64,000 bases of DNA from Candidatus Atelocyanobacterium thalassae (GCA_051971635.1 JBFPLN010000001.1:297972-361971); one strand, 5' to 3'; counted from the first letter of the stretch, positions 53,614-64,000 are shown. Numbers and translations are program-made. The notes: generated by a model from the letters alone, not told the origin.

Positions 53614-55038
53614 CTAAGATTGTTTTGCAAAAAATTCTGAAAATTTAGTACATTGAAGCAAGAATCTTTTTGGAATTTCTATATAATTACCGAAATGTAA
53701 ATGTAAATAAGAAGCGTGAATATTATAATTGCACCATCCTTCGCTATAGCTTGATGATTGTCCATACCAATTAGAAAGTTTAAAGATAGGATAGGAAGAT
53801 TCAAATGTTAATGAGGAGCGATGAAACTCATGTCCCCAAAGAGTTTCACCATGTTTCAATATAAAACCTGAGCGAGAAGCTACTGCCTGCCTATAGCCTA
53901 AAGTTAAATAACTTCCCATCTTAGCGGTAGTTGGTAATATTCCTGCCATTGGCCAAGATTCTCCCTCTAAAGTAGTAATATTTTGGCAAAGATACATTAG
54001 TCCTCCACATTCTGCATATATTGGCATACCATTTGAAACAGCCAACTTTAAAGATTTTATGGCTTTTCTATTATTTGACAGTATTTGAGCAAATATCTCT
54101 GGAAATCCTCCTCCTATATAAATTCCTGTAACATTTTTCGGTAATATTTCATTTTTCATGGGACTCCAATAAATTAGTTCAGCCCCTAAATTCTTTAACA
54201 AATCTAAGTTATCAGCATAATAAAAATTGAATGCCTTATCATTCGCGACTGCTATTTTAAGAGGGGAAGATGAAACAGTAGACAACTGATTCAACGCATT
54301 AACTTTGAAATGTGAAGTCTGTACTTTTGATTGTCTAGTTAAAAAATCCCAGTTAAGACAATTTTCAGCTAAATAGGCTAGCTTGTTAAAAATTGTTTCC
54401 AGATTAGTCAGCTCATTAACAGGAATTAAGCCTAAATGGCGATCTGGTATTGCCAAATCGTCCTGATAGTAAATACTTCCTAATATTAAAATACCAATAG
54501 ATTCTAAAGATGTTTTCAATAGTGTTAAATGACGTTCACTTTTTACACGATTTAGAATCACTCCTAAGATATTAATATTGGAATTCAAAGAACGGTATCC
54601 ATGTACAATTGCAGCTATCGACGCCGAAAGACGACTACAATCAATAACAAGAACTACTGGAATCTTTAACAATAATGCAATGTGAGCAGTACTCGAATAG
54701 TGCAATGTAGATCTATTTTCTAGTTCTATATTACTTTTGTCGACTTCGTTAAACGGAATTCCATCAAACAAACCCATAACCCCTTCCACTAATACATGAT
54801 CAACTTCTTGACAATTCTTGTTAAAACAATACTTAACATAATCTTCAGAAGTTATCAAAGGATCTAAATTACGACAATATCTTCCAGTAATATAAGTATG
54901 AAACATAGGATCTATATAGTCTGGACCGACTTTAAAAGATTGAACCTTTGCTTTTTTTTGACGCAAAAAAGATAGTAAAGCGAGAGTTATTGTGGTTTTA
55001 CCAGTTCCACTACGATCACCTGCAATTATTAAAGCCAT
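53614..55038 (-). CDS. cbiA: Cobyrinate a,c-diamide synthase
   Basis: 'SGTGKTT', 'FKVGPDYIDP', 'EGVMGLFDG', 'YAECGGLMYL', 'GHEFH' (CbiA/CobB). Confidence 0.94.
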   Translation of the reverse strand: MALIIAGDRSGTGKTTITLALLSFLRQKKAKVQSFKVGPDYIDPMFHTYITGRYCRNLDPLITSEDYVKYCFNKNCQEVDHVLVEGVMGLFDGIPFNEVDKSNIELENRSTLHYSSTAHIALLLKIPVVLVIDCSRLSASIAAIVHGYRSLNSNINILGVILNRVKSERHLTLLKTSLESIGILILGSIYYQDDLAIPDRHLGLIPVNELTNLETIFNKLAYLAENCLNWDFLTRQSKVQTSHFKVNALNQLSTVSSSPLKIAVANDKAFNFYYADNLDLLKNLGAELIYWSPMKNEILPKNVTGIYIGGGFPEIFAQILSNNRKAIKSLKLAVSNGMPIYAECGGLMYLCQNITTLEGESWPMAGILPTTAKMGSYLTLGYRQAVASRSGFILKHGETLWGHEFHRSSLTFESSYPIFKLSNWYGQSSSYSEGWCNYNIHASYLHLHFGNYIEIPKRFLLQCTKFSEFFAKQS

Positions 55039-55199
55039 TACATTTACCTATAATAAAAAGAAAATTAGCCTATTGAAAAATTTTCTTTATTCTTCAATAT
55101 CTTATTTTTTGAATAATTTATAATTTGATGAAATTTATGTTTTTGGAATTAACGGAAGGAATTCTAATATCAGGATATATTAAATTTTTACAAAGCATA

Positions 55200-55973
55200 T
55201 TATTGTTTTAAGCACTCATAGCAAAAGTTTATGATATCAGGTATTCGCTGTGTACATCTGGGATAATTTATATTAGGACGTTGAATAACAATGAGAGGAA
55301 TGCCAAGGTCTTTAGAAACCTTGCTTTTTATATCTTCTCCACCTTGTTTTCCTGATGCTTTTGTAATTACTATATCAATTTCCCATTGTTTCCATATAGC
55401 TTTTTCTAAATCTAAACTTATAGGAGGACGTAGGCTAATAATATTTTCTTCTCTAAACCCTGAAGATAAGGCTATTTTTAAGGAATCTAACCTAGGAAGA
55501 ATTCGCGTAAATAAAAGAGATTGTTCATGATACGGTTTAAACATTGGTAGAACATTACAACCTACTGTAAGAAGAACTTTTTTATCAATTAGATATTTCT
55601 CTGTAATTAAAGTCTTAAAGCTATCTAAGTAGATTATTTGTGAATCTATAGGCAAGCAGGGTCTTTCATAACGTATGTAGGGTATTGAATAATATTGAGC
55701 GATATTAATTACATGTCGAGAAATATTTTCAGCAAATGGATGTGATGCATCGATAATTCCTTTTACTTTTTCTTGGATGCAAAAGTTGTGAATATCTTCT
55801 ATATTTAACCTCCCTATTCTTAGGTTAATTTTAGAATCGTTTGTATAAAGATGAATAGCTTGTGAGGTAGTTACTGTCACTATATAAGAAAGAAATTTTT
55901 CAGCAATAGCTTTTGCTATTCTGGCACTATCTCCTGTCCCTCCGATCAACCAAAGTTTTTCGTTATTTTTCAT
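55200..55973 (-). CDS. cobK: Cobalt-precorrin-6A reductase
   Basis: 'LIGGTGDS', 'IDASHPFA', 'RYERP', 'TKASG..GG', 'IQRP' (CobK/CbiJ). Confidence 0.93.
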   Translation of the reverse strand: MKNNEKLWLIGGTGDSARIAKAIAEKFLSYIVTVTTSQAIHLYTNDSKINLRIGRLNIEDIHNFCIQEKVKGIIDASHPFAENISRHVINIAQYYSIPYIRYERPCLPIDSQIIYLDSFKTLITEKYLIDKKVLLTVGCNVLPMFKPYHEQSLLFTRILPRLDSLKIALSSGFREENIISLRPPISLDLEKAIWKQWEIDIVITKASGKQGGEDIKSKVSKDLGIPLIVIQRPNINYPRCTQRIPDIINFCYECLKQ

Positions 55974-56396
55974 AAATTAAATGAAGAATTTTATACCTTT
56001 AAAATAGTTAATGTTATTTCAGAAGAAAAATTACTAATTAGTAAATATGTCTAAAAGTGATCATAAAAAAATATTAATATTAGTTTATCTATATAGAGAT
56101 TATTAAAGGAAAGCTTATGCAATAATAGATAATGAAAAAATACTATTAGTTACTAAAGATTTTTTTAAGACAGAAAAATATAAAAAAGACTTAAGCATAT
56201 TCATAATGGCTCTTGTAATAGAATAATTGATTAAATCAAAAAAATATTGATAAAGCAATTATAAACTTGTATAAAGTGACAAAAGATTTAAGATTATTTA
56301 AGTTTTGATTTTTTGTGAGCAAATTTTCAGAAGACCCGTTATGATTACAAGCATAAAATGTTAAATTGTTCAAAATTACAGTAAATTTATCAGTCA

Positions 56397-56798
56397 ATGA
56401 TTAATCTTTTTAAATTTTTCCTTACCTTTAATTTTGTTTTATATTTATCAGGTATTTCTTCTGTCTATGCCCAATCTCTAAGGCAGTATAAAAACATTAA
56501 TCCAAAACAGTTTAAAGAATGTATAAAACCTCCAAAATCTAATGGTTCTGAGCAAGGGTGGGCAGATTATTATGGAGAAAATAATGGGAAAGTAGAATTA
56601 AAAGTAAAAAATCAGCCCATGATTTCTGATGGTACTGTTGCAGCCACATTAAACTATAAGTTTGAGCCATTAAAAGAAATTTTAACTTTGGAAATATTAG
56701 AAAAAACTAAATTTATGTTCGGTATGATTGAGGCCTCAGATCAGCAAATTTGGGAAGGGTTCGATGGCTTGGTGGACGAATGTCAAAAATATAATTAA
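56397..56798 (+). CDS. Hypothetical secreted protein
   Basis: 133-aa ORF, signal peptide ending 'VYA-Q', two Cys; no family recognised. Confidence 0.6.
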   Translation: MINLFKFFLTFNFVLYLSGISSVYAQSLRQYKNINPKQFKECIKPPKSNGSEQGWADYYGENNGKVELKVKNQPMISDGTVAATLNYKFEPLKEILTLEILEKTKFMFGMIEASDQQIWEGFDGLVDECQKYN

Positions 56799-56813
56799 AA
56801 GATTTAAAATACT

Positions 56814-57713
56814 TTATATTTTTTTTACTTTACAAATTCTATAAGAGCACCATTGTTCTTTCTGAGAATAATTAGTTACAGTCCATCCATACTTTTCTAG
56901 TACATTAACAACATCTTCTGATTGATTTAGTAAAATTCCACTCAAAATCATCCATGTATTAGGCTTTGCTAATTTAGAAAGTTTTGGAAATTGACAAATT
57001 AAAGTTTCAGCTAAAATATTGCAAATAATACCATCAAATTTATTAGGCATTGATTCTGATAATTTATCAATACTCTGTTGATAAATTTTTAAATTACTAG
57101 GATTAATTTTGTTCAGACATTGATTCTTCAATGCTACATTAATTGCTAAATAATCAACATCAATAGCATGTACTTCATTTGCTCTTAGTAAAGCAGCAGC
57201 GATTGCGAGAATGCCTGAACCTGTTCCAATATCTACAATAGAAACGTTTTCTAAGTGATTAGCTAAACACATTTCCAAAAAACTTAAAGATAATTGCGTA
57301 GTAGGGTGTGTTCCTGTTCCAAAAACTGTTCCTGGATCAAGTCGTAAAATTATCTTATCTGTATTTTTGGAAATAGTTAGCCAAGCAGGATAAACAAGAA
57401 AATGTTGACCTATCTCTGTCGGTTGCCAATATTTTTTCCACCTATTGTTCCAGTCCTCATCATTAATTAATTTCCAGGAAGCAAGCGGTTTAGGAAGATA
57501 TAAGTTTAAAGCATCTTGATGTAACCAAAAGAATAAAGTAGAAATTTCTAAAGATTGATATTTTAATTTAGGAACATAGGCTTGAATAGTATAAAATCTT
57601 CCTCTAAATTCTCTTGACATACCTAGACAACCAAACTGGTCTAAACGCCAGCATATTGAGTCCTCTAAGTTAGGATGACATAAGATTGTAATTTCCCACC
57701 AACTAGTTGACAT
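56814..57713 (-). CDS. prmA: Ribosomal protein L11 methyltransferase
   Basis: 'WKKYWQP', 'FGTGTHPTT', 'DIGTGSGILAI', 'NILAE', 'LSGIL'. Confidence 0.95.
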   Translation of the reverse strand: MSTSWWEITILCHPNLEDSICWRLDQFGCLGMSREFRGRFYTIQAYVPKLKYQSLEISTLFFWLHQDALNLYLPKPLASWKLINDEDWNNRWKKYWQPTEIGQHFLVYPAWLTISKNTDKIILRLDPGTVFGTGTHPTTQLSLSFLEMCLANHLENVSIVDIGTGSGILAIAAALLRANEVHAIDVDYLAINVALKNQCLNKINPSNLKIYQQSIDKLSESMPNKFDGIICNILAETLICQFPKLSKLAKPNTWMILSGILLNQSEDVVNVLEKYGWTVTNYSQKEQWCSYRICKVKKI

Positions 57714-57730
57714 AAAACTAAAAATAGTTC

Positions 57731-59308
57731 TTAAAGTTTAACCGTGTACGCATCTCGAATGCCTGTAACTTTCATAATTTCTAACAATAAACTGTCAGGT
57801 AAAGGGTCATCTAGGCTAATAGCCATTACTGCATCTCCCCGTACAATTTTACGTCCTACCTGCATACTAGCAATATTAACGTTAAAATCACCTAATAATG
57901 AACCAATTTTTCCAATAATTCCTGGCATGTCACGATGAACAGTGAATAACATATAGTTACTAGGAGGTACACTAATGGGGAATAAGTCCACATCAGTAAT
58001 ACGAACCTCTCCATCGTTCAATAATGTTCCTGTAACTGAATGTTCTCCCAAAGAACCTTGAACAGCAAGATGCAAAGAAGCAGCATAATCACATATTGAA
58101 TCATCACGAGTTTCTATAATACGAATCCCTCTTTCCTTAGCTTCAATAGCAGCATTAACATAATTTATACGTTCTCTTAGAGCCTGAGATAGGAGACCTT
58201 TGATTGATGCTACTACGATAGGCTGACTTTGCATAGCTGTTAATTCTCCCTGTAGGCGAATAGTTAACTGTTCAATACGTCCTCCTGCCAATTGTCCAGC
58301 TAAATTACCCAATGTTTCAGCTAGTTGTAAATAAGGACGCATTTTTTCTATCACATCAAGGGCAAATCCTGGGATATTAACTGCAGTTCTGGCTGGTAAA
58401 CCGAGTAAAACATCACGAATTTGTTCAGCAACATCAACTGCAACATTAACTTGAGCTTCAACTGTACATGCCCCCAAATGAGGAGTTAAGATAATGTTAT
58501 TTAAACCGATAAGTTTAGAATTATTCAGCGGTTCTTTTTCAAATACGTCTAAAGCTGCTCCAGCGATTTTTTTTTCGACAATAGCTTCAGCTAAAGCATC
58601 TTCATCAATTATTCCTCCTCTTGCACAATTAATAATACGAACTGTCGGTTTCATTTTAGATAAAGCTTTTCTATTAATAATATGTGCTGTCTCAGGAGTT
58701 TTTGGAATGTGTAAAGTAATATAATCAGATTGTGAAAAAAGTAAATCAAGTTCAACTAACATACATCTTAACTGCTCAGCTCTTTCATTTGAAATAAAAG
58801 GATCGTAAGCTAGTAATTTCATACCCATAGATTTAGCAACATTAGCAACATGTGAGCCTATTTTTCCAAGCCCAATAATTCCTAAGGTTTTTTTATATAC
58901 TTCCGCACCGACAAAAGATTCACGATTCCATTTGTTATCCTTTATAGACTGATCTGCTTGAGGAATATGTCGCGATAAAGATAACATCATTGCTAAAGTA
59001 TGCTCTGCTGCTGCTATAGTGTTGCCTTCTGGAGAATTTACCACCAAAATACCATGACGAGTAGCAGACGCAATGTCAATATTGTCTACTCCAACACCTG
59101 CTCTCCCAATTATTTTTAATTGACTACCTGCAGTAATAACTTCTTTCGTGACATGAGTACCTGAACGTACCATTAAAGCACTATATTCAGGAATAATTTT
59201 AATCAGTTCGTATAGTGGTAGTCCTGTTTTTATATCTACTTGGGCGACTTGGGAGAGAATATCGATACCGATTTGATCAATAGGATCTGAAACAAGAACT
59301 TTTGCCAT
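57731..59308 (-). CDS. serA: D-3-phosphoglycerate dehydrogenase
   Basis: 'RAGVGVDNID', 'GLGKIG', 'NCARGG', 'TPHLG', C-terminal ACT domain; serA-prmA pairing. Confidence 0.96.
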   Translation of the reverse strand: MAKVLVSDPIDQIGIDILSQVAQVDIKTGLPLYELIKIIPEYSALMVRSGTHVTKEVITAGSQLKIIGRAGVGVDNIDIASATRHGILVVNSPEGNTIAAAEHTLAMMLSLSRHIPQADQSIKDNKWNRESFVGAEVYKKTLGIIGLGKIGSHVANVAKSMGMKLLAYDPFISNERAEQLRCMLVELDLLFSQSDYITLHIPKTPETAHIINRKALSKMKPTVRIINCARGGIIDEDALAEAIVEKKIAGAALDVFEKEPLNNSKLIGLNNIILTPHLGACTVEAQVNVAVDVAEQIRDVLLGLPARTAVNIPGFALDVIEKMRPYLQLAETLGNLAGQLAGGRIEQLTIRLQGELTAMQSQPIVVASIKGLLSQALRERINYVNAAIEAKERGIRIIETRDDSICDYAASLHLAVQGSLGEHSVTGTLLNDGEVRITDVDLFPISVPPSNYMLFTVHRDMPGIIGKIGSLLGDFNVNIASMQVGRKIVRGDAVMAISLDDPLPDSLLLEIMKVTGIRDAYTVKL

Positions 59309-59868
59309 AGAAATTCCTCCTCTTAGAACTAATATTTTATTTACTCAATCTCATGATTTTAGTAAATCATTGTAACCGCTCATAGAGCATTTATTATCGA
59401 ATTACTTAGGTTTCTATAATTTTACTCAATTTTTTTCTTAACTTAATAAGAGAAAAATTATGGAAGATTTGAGTTCTTAAGATATTTTGACTAAATATTC
59501 ATTTGTTCTAATAAAATCATATAAGTAAATTTTGTAGAACTAAATTATCGAGATTTTGGAGATTTCTACAAAATTTTTACAATTCATCTAAATATATGTT
59601 AGTAGTATAACTACTAAGTATGATATTGCAAAAGTTATATGATATATAAAATAAATAAAAAGTTTTAAAAATTTTAATTGTAAATATTCTGAATAGAAAA
59701 TTAGTTAAAAGATTAATATGCGTGATAGTATTTTATTCATTAATATTTACTTTAAAAATATGTAATTAACTCATAAACGTAAGTAAAGTAATTTACCAGC
59801 AAACTACTACCATAAATGATAAATCCTTTCTCAATAATTAATATAAATATGAAGGTTGAATTAAGACT

Positions 59869-60537
59869 ATGAACATCCCAGATATTATGGAGAAGGGTGG
59901 CATTGCCATGTGGCCTCTACTTTTTTTATCAATACTAGCTCTAAGTACAATTATTGAACGCTCATTTTTTTGGATTAGATTCTTATCTAAAGAAAAGAAA
60001 ATTATTAAAATTATTCTCAAAACTGCTTCCTATGATTGGGACACTGTTTTAAAAATTGCTCAAAGCTATAGCAAATACCCTATTGGTAATTTTATTTATA
60101 TCCCTTTAAAGTTAAAAAATCCAGATCCCGAAGTTTTTCATTTAGTTCTCGAGTCATCAGCAGATGATGAACTAGCATTGATGAAACAAGGAGATAAGGT
60201 TTTAGAAGGAATTATAGCTTTATCTCCTTTGTTAGGACTCTTAGGAACTGTTTTAGGATTAATCAGTTCTCTAGGTAATATTCAAATTAGCGATCTAGGA
60301 ACTTCTTCTGCAAGGGGTGTAACACTTGGAATTGGTGAAGCATTAATCTCTACTGCTACTGGATTAATTATTGCTATTATTAGCTTAACTTTTTATCGAA
60401 TTTTTCAATCTCTCTGGTTTAATCAGGTTCGAATTTTTAGAAAGATAGGTAGTGAAATAGAATTAATTTACCAACAACATTGGCTTAAGATTAATTCTAA
60501 CAGCTCTAAAAACCTATATGAAACTTCTAACGAGTAA
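59869..60537 (+). CDS. exbB: ExbB/MotA/TolQ proton channel protein
   Basis: 'GGIAMWPL', '[14 protein letters not shown]', '[13 protein letters not shown]'. Confidence 0.9.
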   Translation: MNIPDIMEKGGIAMWPLLFLSILALSTIIERSFFWIRFLSKEKKIIKIILKTASYDWDTVLKIAQSYSKYPIGNFIYIPLKLKNPDPEVFHLVLESSADDELALMKQGDKVLEGIIALSPLLGLLGTVLGLISSLGNIQISDLGTSSARGVTLGIGEALISTATGLIIAIISLTFYRIFQSLWFNQVRIFRKIGSEIELIYQQHWLKINSNSSKNLYETSNE

Positions 60538-60570
60538 TTAATTTATGTACTTATTTTTCAATACAAGTCT

Positions 60571-61113
60571 ATGTTAAATAATAAAGTCCCTCTAACTAAA
60601 AAATATAGTAGTCGAGTTAACTCTCGTCCGTTTAAATTTAAACTATCTTCTTCTCAAGAACAAGAAGTTCGAATTGAAATGTTACCTATGATAGATGTTA
60701 TTTTTTGTATTTTAACTTTTTTTATTTTAGGGATAGTAGGCCTTTCTCGACAACAATCAATTAATTTAGATTTACCTCAAGCTAGTTCAGCTAAACCTCA
60801 AATACAAAAAACGATGGTAGTGAGTCTAAATAATTCTAATCAATTATATATCGATAAAAAACCAATCACACATAATCAATTGTTCGATTCTATTAAAACT
60901 TATCGGGAATTTAATCCTGAAGGATTAGTAGTTCTTCGAGCATCTAAAAAATCGAGTTACAATGAGGTTGTACAAGTTCTAGACATTTTGAAAGAAGTAG
61001 GAGAAGATAATGTCGCTTTAGCTACTTCCTTCAAAGAAAAAAAAATATTTGGGAATAAAGATAAATCTTTAATAAATTCTAATTTTTCTGAAGAAGGAAC
61101 AAATCCGCAATAA
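60571..61113 (+). CDS. exbD: ExbD/TolR family protein
   Basis: 'PMIDVIFCILTFF', 'LDLPQAS', 'VVQVLD'. Confidence 0.9.
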   Translation: MLNNKVPLTKKYSSRVNSRPFKFKLSSSQEQEVRIEMLPMIDVIFCILTFFILGIVGLSRQQSINLDLPQASSAKPQIQKTMVVSLNNSNQLYIDKKPITHNQLFDSIKTYREFNPEGLVVLRASKKSSYNEVVQVLDILKEVGEDNVALATSFKEKKIFGNKDKSLINSNFSEEGTNPQ

Positions 61114-61395
61114 AAACTTGCTAAATATTTCTCCTTTAGACACTTGACTTAACTTTTTGTACCTTATAATTAATTTATATCTACTACTTGTAGTCATACT
61201 ATAATCATAGTTAGAAAAACTTAATAGAATTTATATTTATATAATCTTTAAATCAAAATTTTAAACAATATTTTAGTTATAGTAGCTTCTGTGACTACAC
61301 ATTGTTTTGATATACAGACATGAAATTATTCACCCTCAATAGTTTTAGACTTCTAGTCAAATTAAGAATGTAATTTTTCTCTGAATAAAATTTTT

Positions 61396-62559
61396 ATGCC
61401 CACTCGTCGTTCTTTCCTCAATATACTCAAAATCTTAGCTATAGGACAATTGGTATCAGGGTGTAATAAATCAAATGCTGATTTAACAATTTCTCTATTA
61501 AAGGGTTCAGTTCCTCCTCAATCATTAAAATTATTTAATCAATATTTTGCTTCTAATACTTCTTTTGATTTTCAATCCAGAGGACAATTAGTAGAATTAT
61601 TTAATTTGTTGGAATATTGGCAAAGCCAACAGAAAAATAATACTAATAATAACGATAGCTGGATTAAGTCTTCTATTCTAACTTCACAAAAACATTATGC
61701 TAGTGATCTGATTACTTTAGGGGATTCTTGGTTAACTCAAGCTATTCAAAAAGACTTGATTCAACCCATATCTATGAATAATTGGAACAACTGGCATAAA
61801 TTGCCATCTTACTGGCAAAATTTAGTAATAAGAGATCAAAATGGAAATCTTAATGAAAATGGGTTTATCTGGGGAGCACCTTATCGATGGGGGACGACTT
61901 TAATAGCTTATCGAACTGATAAGTTAAATTGGGATATTAAAGATTGGACAGATTTATGGAATCCAAAGTTACAAAATCGTATTTCTTTAGTTGATCAGCC
62001 TCGAGAGGTAATTGGCCTTACTCTTAAAAAATTAGGCAAATCCTACAATACTAAAAATCTAAATAATATTCCTCAACTTAAATCAGAATTAAGAGCTCTA
62101 GACAAACAAGTTAAATATTATAACTCTCAATATTATTTACAACCTTTATTAATGGGAGAGGCTTGGGCAAGTGTTGGTTGGTCAAATGATATTATTCCAA
62201 TACTTGCTAGGAACCGTAATATCAAAGCCGTAATTCCAGTGTCTGGAACTTCTCTATGGTCAGATATTTGGGTTATCCCTAAAAAAAGTAATACATCAGA
62301 ATTATCAGAAACAGCTCTAAAATGGATTGATTTTTGTTGGCAACCTGAAATGGCAAATTTAATTTCATTATTTACAAATGCTTCTTCTCCTATGATTAAT
62401 AATCTCAATGATGAACAACTTTTTCCTGAAGTTGCTAATAATCCTTTATTATATCTTCAACCTAAAATCTTTAATAAATGTGACTTTATAGCACCTTTAT
62501 CAAGGCAAGATCAAAAAGACTATATTGAGCTTTGGTTAGAGATTAAAAGTACTAAATAA
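61396..62559 (+). CDS. PotD-like ABC substrate-binding lipoprotein (Tat signal)
   Basis: 'TRRSFL', lipobox 'VSGC', 'PYRWGTT', 'WTDLW', 'GTSLWSDIWVIP'. Confidence 0.82.
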   Translation: MPTRRSFLNILKILAIGQLVSGCNKSNADLTISLLKGSVPPQSLKLFNQYFASNTSFDFQSRGQLVELFNLLEYWQSQQKNNTNNNDSWIKSSILTSQKHYASDLITLGDSWLTQAIQKDLIQPISMNNWNNWHKLPSYWQNLVIRDQNGNLNENGFIWGAPYRWGTTLIAYRTDKLNWDIKDWTDLWNPKLQNRISLVDQPREVIGLTLKKLGKSYNTKNLNNIPQLKSELRALDKQVKYYNSQYYLQPLLMGEAWASVGWSNDIIPILARNRNIKAVIPVSGTSLWSDIWVIPKKSNTSELSETALKWIDFCWQPEMANLISLFTNASSPMINNLNDEQLFPEVANNPLLYLQPKIFNKCDFIAPLSRQDQKDYIELWLEIKSTK

Positions 62560-62760
62560 TTTTATTTAGTTTAATAAATACTCGTAGTTACAAAATACTT
62601 CTTTATTTAATACATTTTTATTATATGTTTATAGCTTGTTATTATCTCAATAGTATGATTTTGTAGATATATAAGTATAAATATATTATTTATTTATATT
62701 AAATGCTGTAAATATTAAATATCTGTTATCTTTATATAAATTAGTGATCTTATCAAAGTC

Positions 62761-63873
62761 ATGAAGCGTCGTCATTTTATTAGTAATACTGCATTAGGTA
62801 CAACTGTTGCAACTGCTCTAGGATCCTGTACAAATAATTCTATCCAAAGAAGCAATTATGAAATTTCATTGCCTTTTGTGCATTGGAAAATGCAGACGAG
62901 TTGGCCAAGATCATTAGATACAATTTTTGGTGGAGCGCAAACCATTTGTGATCGTGTTAATGGTATGAGCGGTGGAAAATTTGTTATCACACCATATGCT
63001 AGTGGAGAAATTGTTCCAGGGTTGGAGGTTTTAGATGCTGTTCAACAAGGTACCGTAGAGTGTGGACATTCTTCAAGTTATTACTATATAGGCAAAAATT
63101 CTACCTTAGGATTCGGAACATCTATGCCTTTTGGCTTTAATGCACAGCAGCAGAATGCCTGGCTTTACCATGGAGGCGGATTGGAAGCAATGAATAGAGT
63201 CTATTCAGACTTTAATATAATTAATTTTCCTGCTGGGAACACAGGAGCACAGATGGGTGGATGGTATAAACAAGAAGTAAGTTCTGTAAATGATTTAAAA
63301 GGTCTAAAGATGAGAATTCCTGGACTAGGAGGGCAGGTTATGTCTCGCTTAGGTGTGAATGTCCAGGTTTTACCTGGTGGTGAAATTTTTCTTGCATTGG
63401 ATACCGGTGCTATAGACGCTGCAGAGTGGATTGGTCCCTATGATGATCAAAAATTAGGTTTAAATAAAGCAGCTTCCTATTACTACTATCCTGGTTGGTG
63501 GGAATTAGGAGCAACTTTAGATTTGCAAGTCAATAAAGAGGCCTGGAGGAAACTGCCACAAGAATATCAATATATTTTAAAAGCTGCAGCAGTAGAAGCA
63601 AATTCTAACATATTGAGTAGATATGATGCTCAGAATCGAATTGCTTTACAGTCTTTATTGAAGGAAGGTACTATTTTGGTTCCTTACTCCAAGGAAATCA
63701 TGCAAGCAGCTAAAAAAGCGTCATTCGAATTATATGAAGAAAATGCAAATAAAAACAAAATGTTTAAAGAAGTATACAGGTCATGGAATAAATTTAGGGA
63801 AGAAATTTCTCAGTGGAATAGAATTAATGAATTAAGTTATGGAAATTTTATTTCTGAATCTTACAAGAATTAG
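62761..63873 (+). CDS. dctP: TRAP transporter substrate-binding protein (DctP/TakP type, Tat lipoprotein)
   Basis: 'MKRRHF', 'WKMQTSWP', '[10 protein letters not shown]', '[11 protein letters not shown]', 'YYYPGWWE'. Confidence 0.92.
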   Translation: MKRRHFISNTALGTTVATALGSCTNNSIQRSNYEISLPFVHWKMQTSWPRSLDTIFGGAQTICDRVNGMSGGKFVITPYASGEIVPGLEVLDAVQQGTVECGHSSSYYYIGKNSTLGFGTSMPFGFNAQQQNAWLYHGGGLEAMNRVYSDFNIINFPAGNTGAQMGGWYKQEVSSVNDLKGLKMRIPGLGGQVMSRLGVNVQVLPGGEIFLALDTGAIDAAEWIGPYDDQKLGLNKAASYYYYPGWWELGATLDLQVNKEAWRKLPQEYQYILKAAAVEANSNILSRYDAQNRIALQSLLKEGTILVPYSKEIMQAAKKASFELYEENANKNKMFKEVYRSWNKFREEISQWNRINELSYGNFISESYKN

Positions 63874-63983
63874 CAGGTAACACAACCCTTCTATACTATA
63901 TGACAGACGAAGGTAATGAAGGGAAAAAAGCATTCTTAGAAAAACGTGCTCCTAACTTTAGTCAGTATCCATGGTTGCCATGA
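63861..63983 (+). pseudogene. menB: 3' fragment (last 40 codons) of naphthoate/DHNA-CoA synthase
   Basis: Hand translation [40 protein letters not shown], the characteristic cyanobacterial MenB C-terminus; in-frame TGA at 63855-63857 upstream; overlaps the last 13 nt of the TRAP gene. Confidence 0.8.
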
Positions 63984-64000
63984 GTATTTTATAGCTTAGG

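Noticed and set aside
56047..56226. Interrupted frame MSKSDHKKIL...Y*RKAYAIID... upstream of the orphan gene
   Set aside because: It may be an eroded pseudogene, but I recognise no similarity to any protein.
62584..62598. GTA-N9-TAC upstream of the TRAP gene as an NtcA site
   Set aside because: Wrong spacing, and expected by chance in AT-rich DNA.
63843..63857. Slippery heptamer A_AAT_TTT near the TRAP 3' end, suggesting a -1 frameshift fusion to the MenB tail
   Set aside because: The -1 frame hits TGA at 63855-63857 before reaching the MenB-like codons.

Overview
A very AT-rich (roughly 30% GC by eye) cyanobacterial chromosome segment of mostly single housekeeping genes separated by long, nearly G/C-free spacers. 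I saw no transposase, phage or CRISPR signal and very few HIP1 sites. The gene set (coxBAC, petF, petG, ndhQ, PucC-like MFS, menE, cob genes, COP23-like protein, TRAP/ABC/ECF uptake proteins) and the composition suggest a genome-reduced symbiotic relative of Crocosphaera/Cyanothece, most likely UCYN-A (Ca. Atelocyanobacterium); this assignment is inference. Features read by hand that the ORF track misses: a tRNA-Arg(CCU) split by a 256-nt group I intron (15482-15811), ndhQ, rpmF, petG, a partial ECF ATPase at the left edge, and a stop-free 40-codon menB 3' fragment joined to the end of the TRAP gene at the right edge. The best novel candidates are: (i) a structured leader upstream of the COP23-like gene, carrying a long complement of the Yfr1 sRNA core and an internal Yfr1-like anti-SD segment, which could act as an sRNA-operated translational switch; (ii) the menB junction, which is either a recent deletion, a duplication or an assembly join; (iii) the tRNA-Arg intron with an extra P7-P3 stem-loop. 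All family assignments come from motif recognition; no database searches were run.
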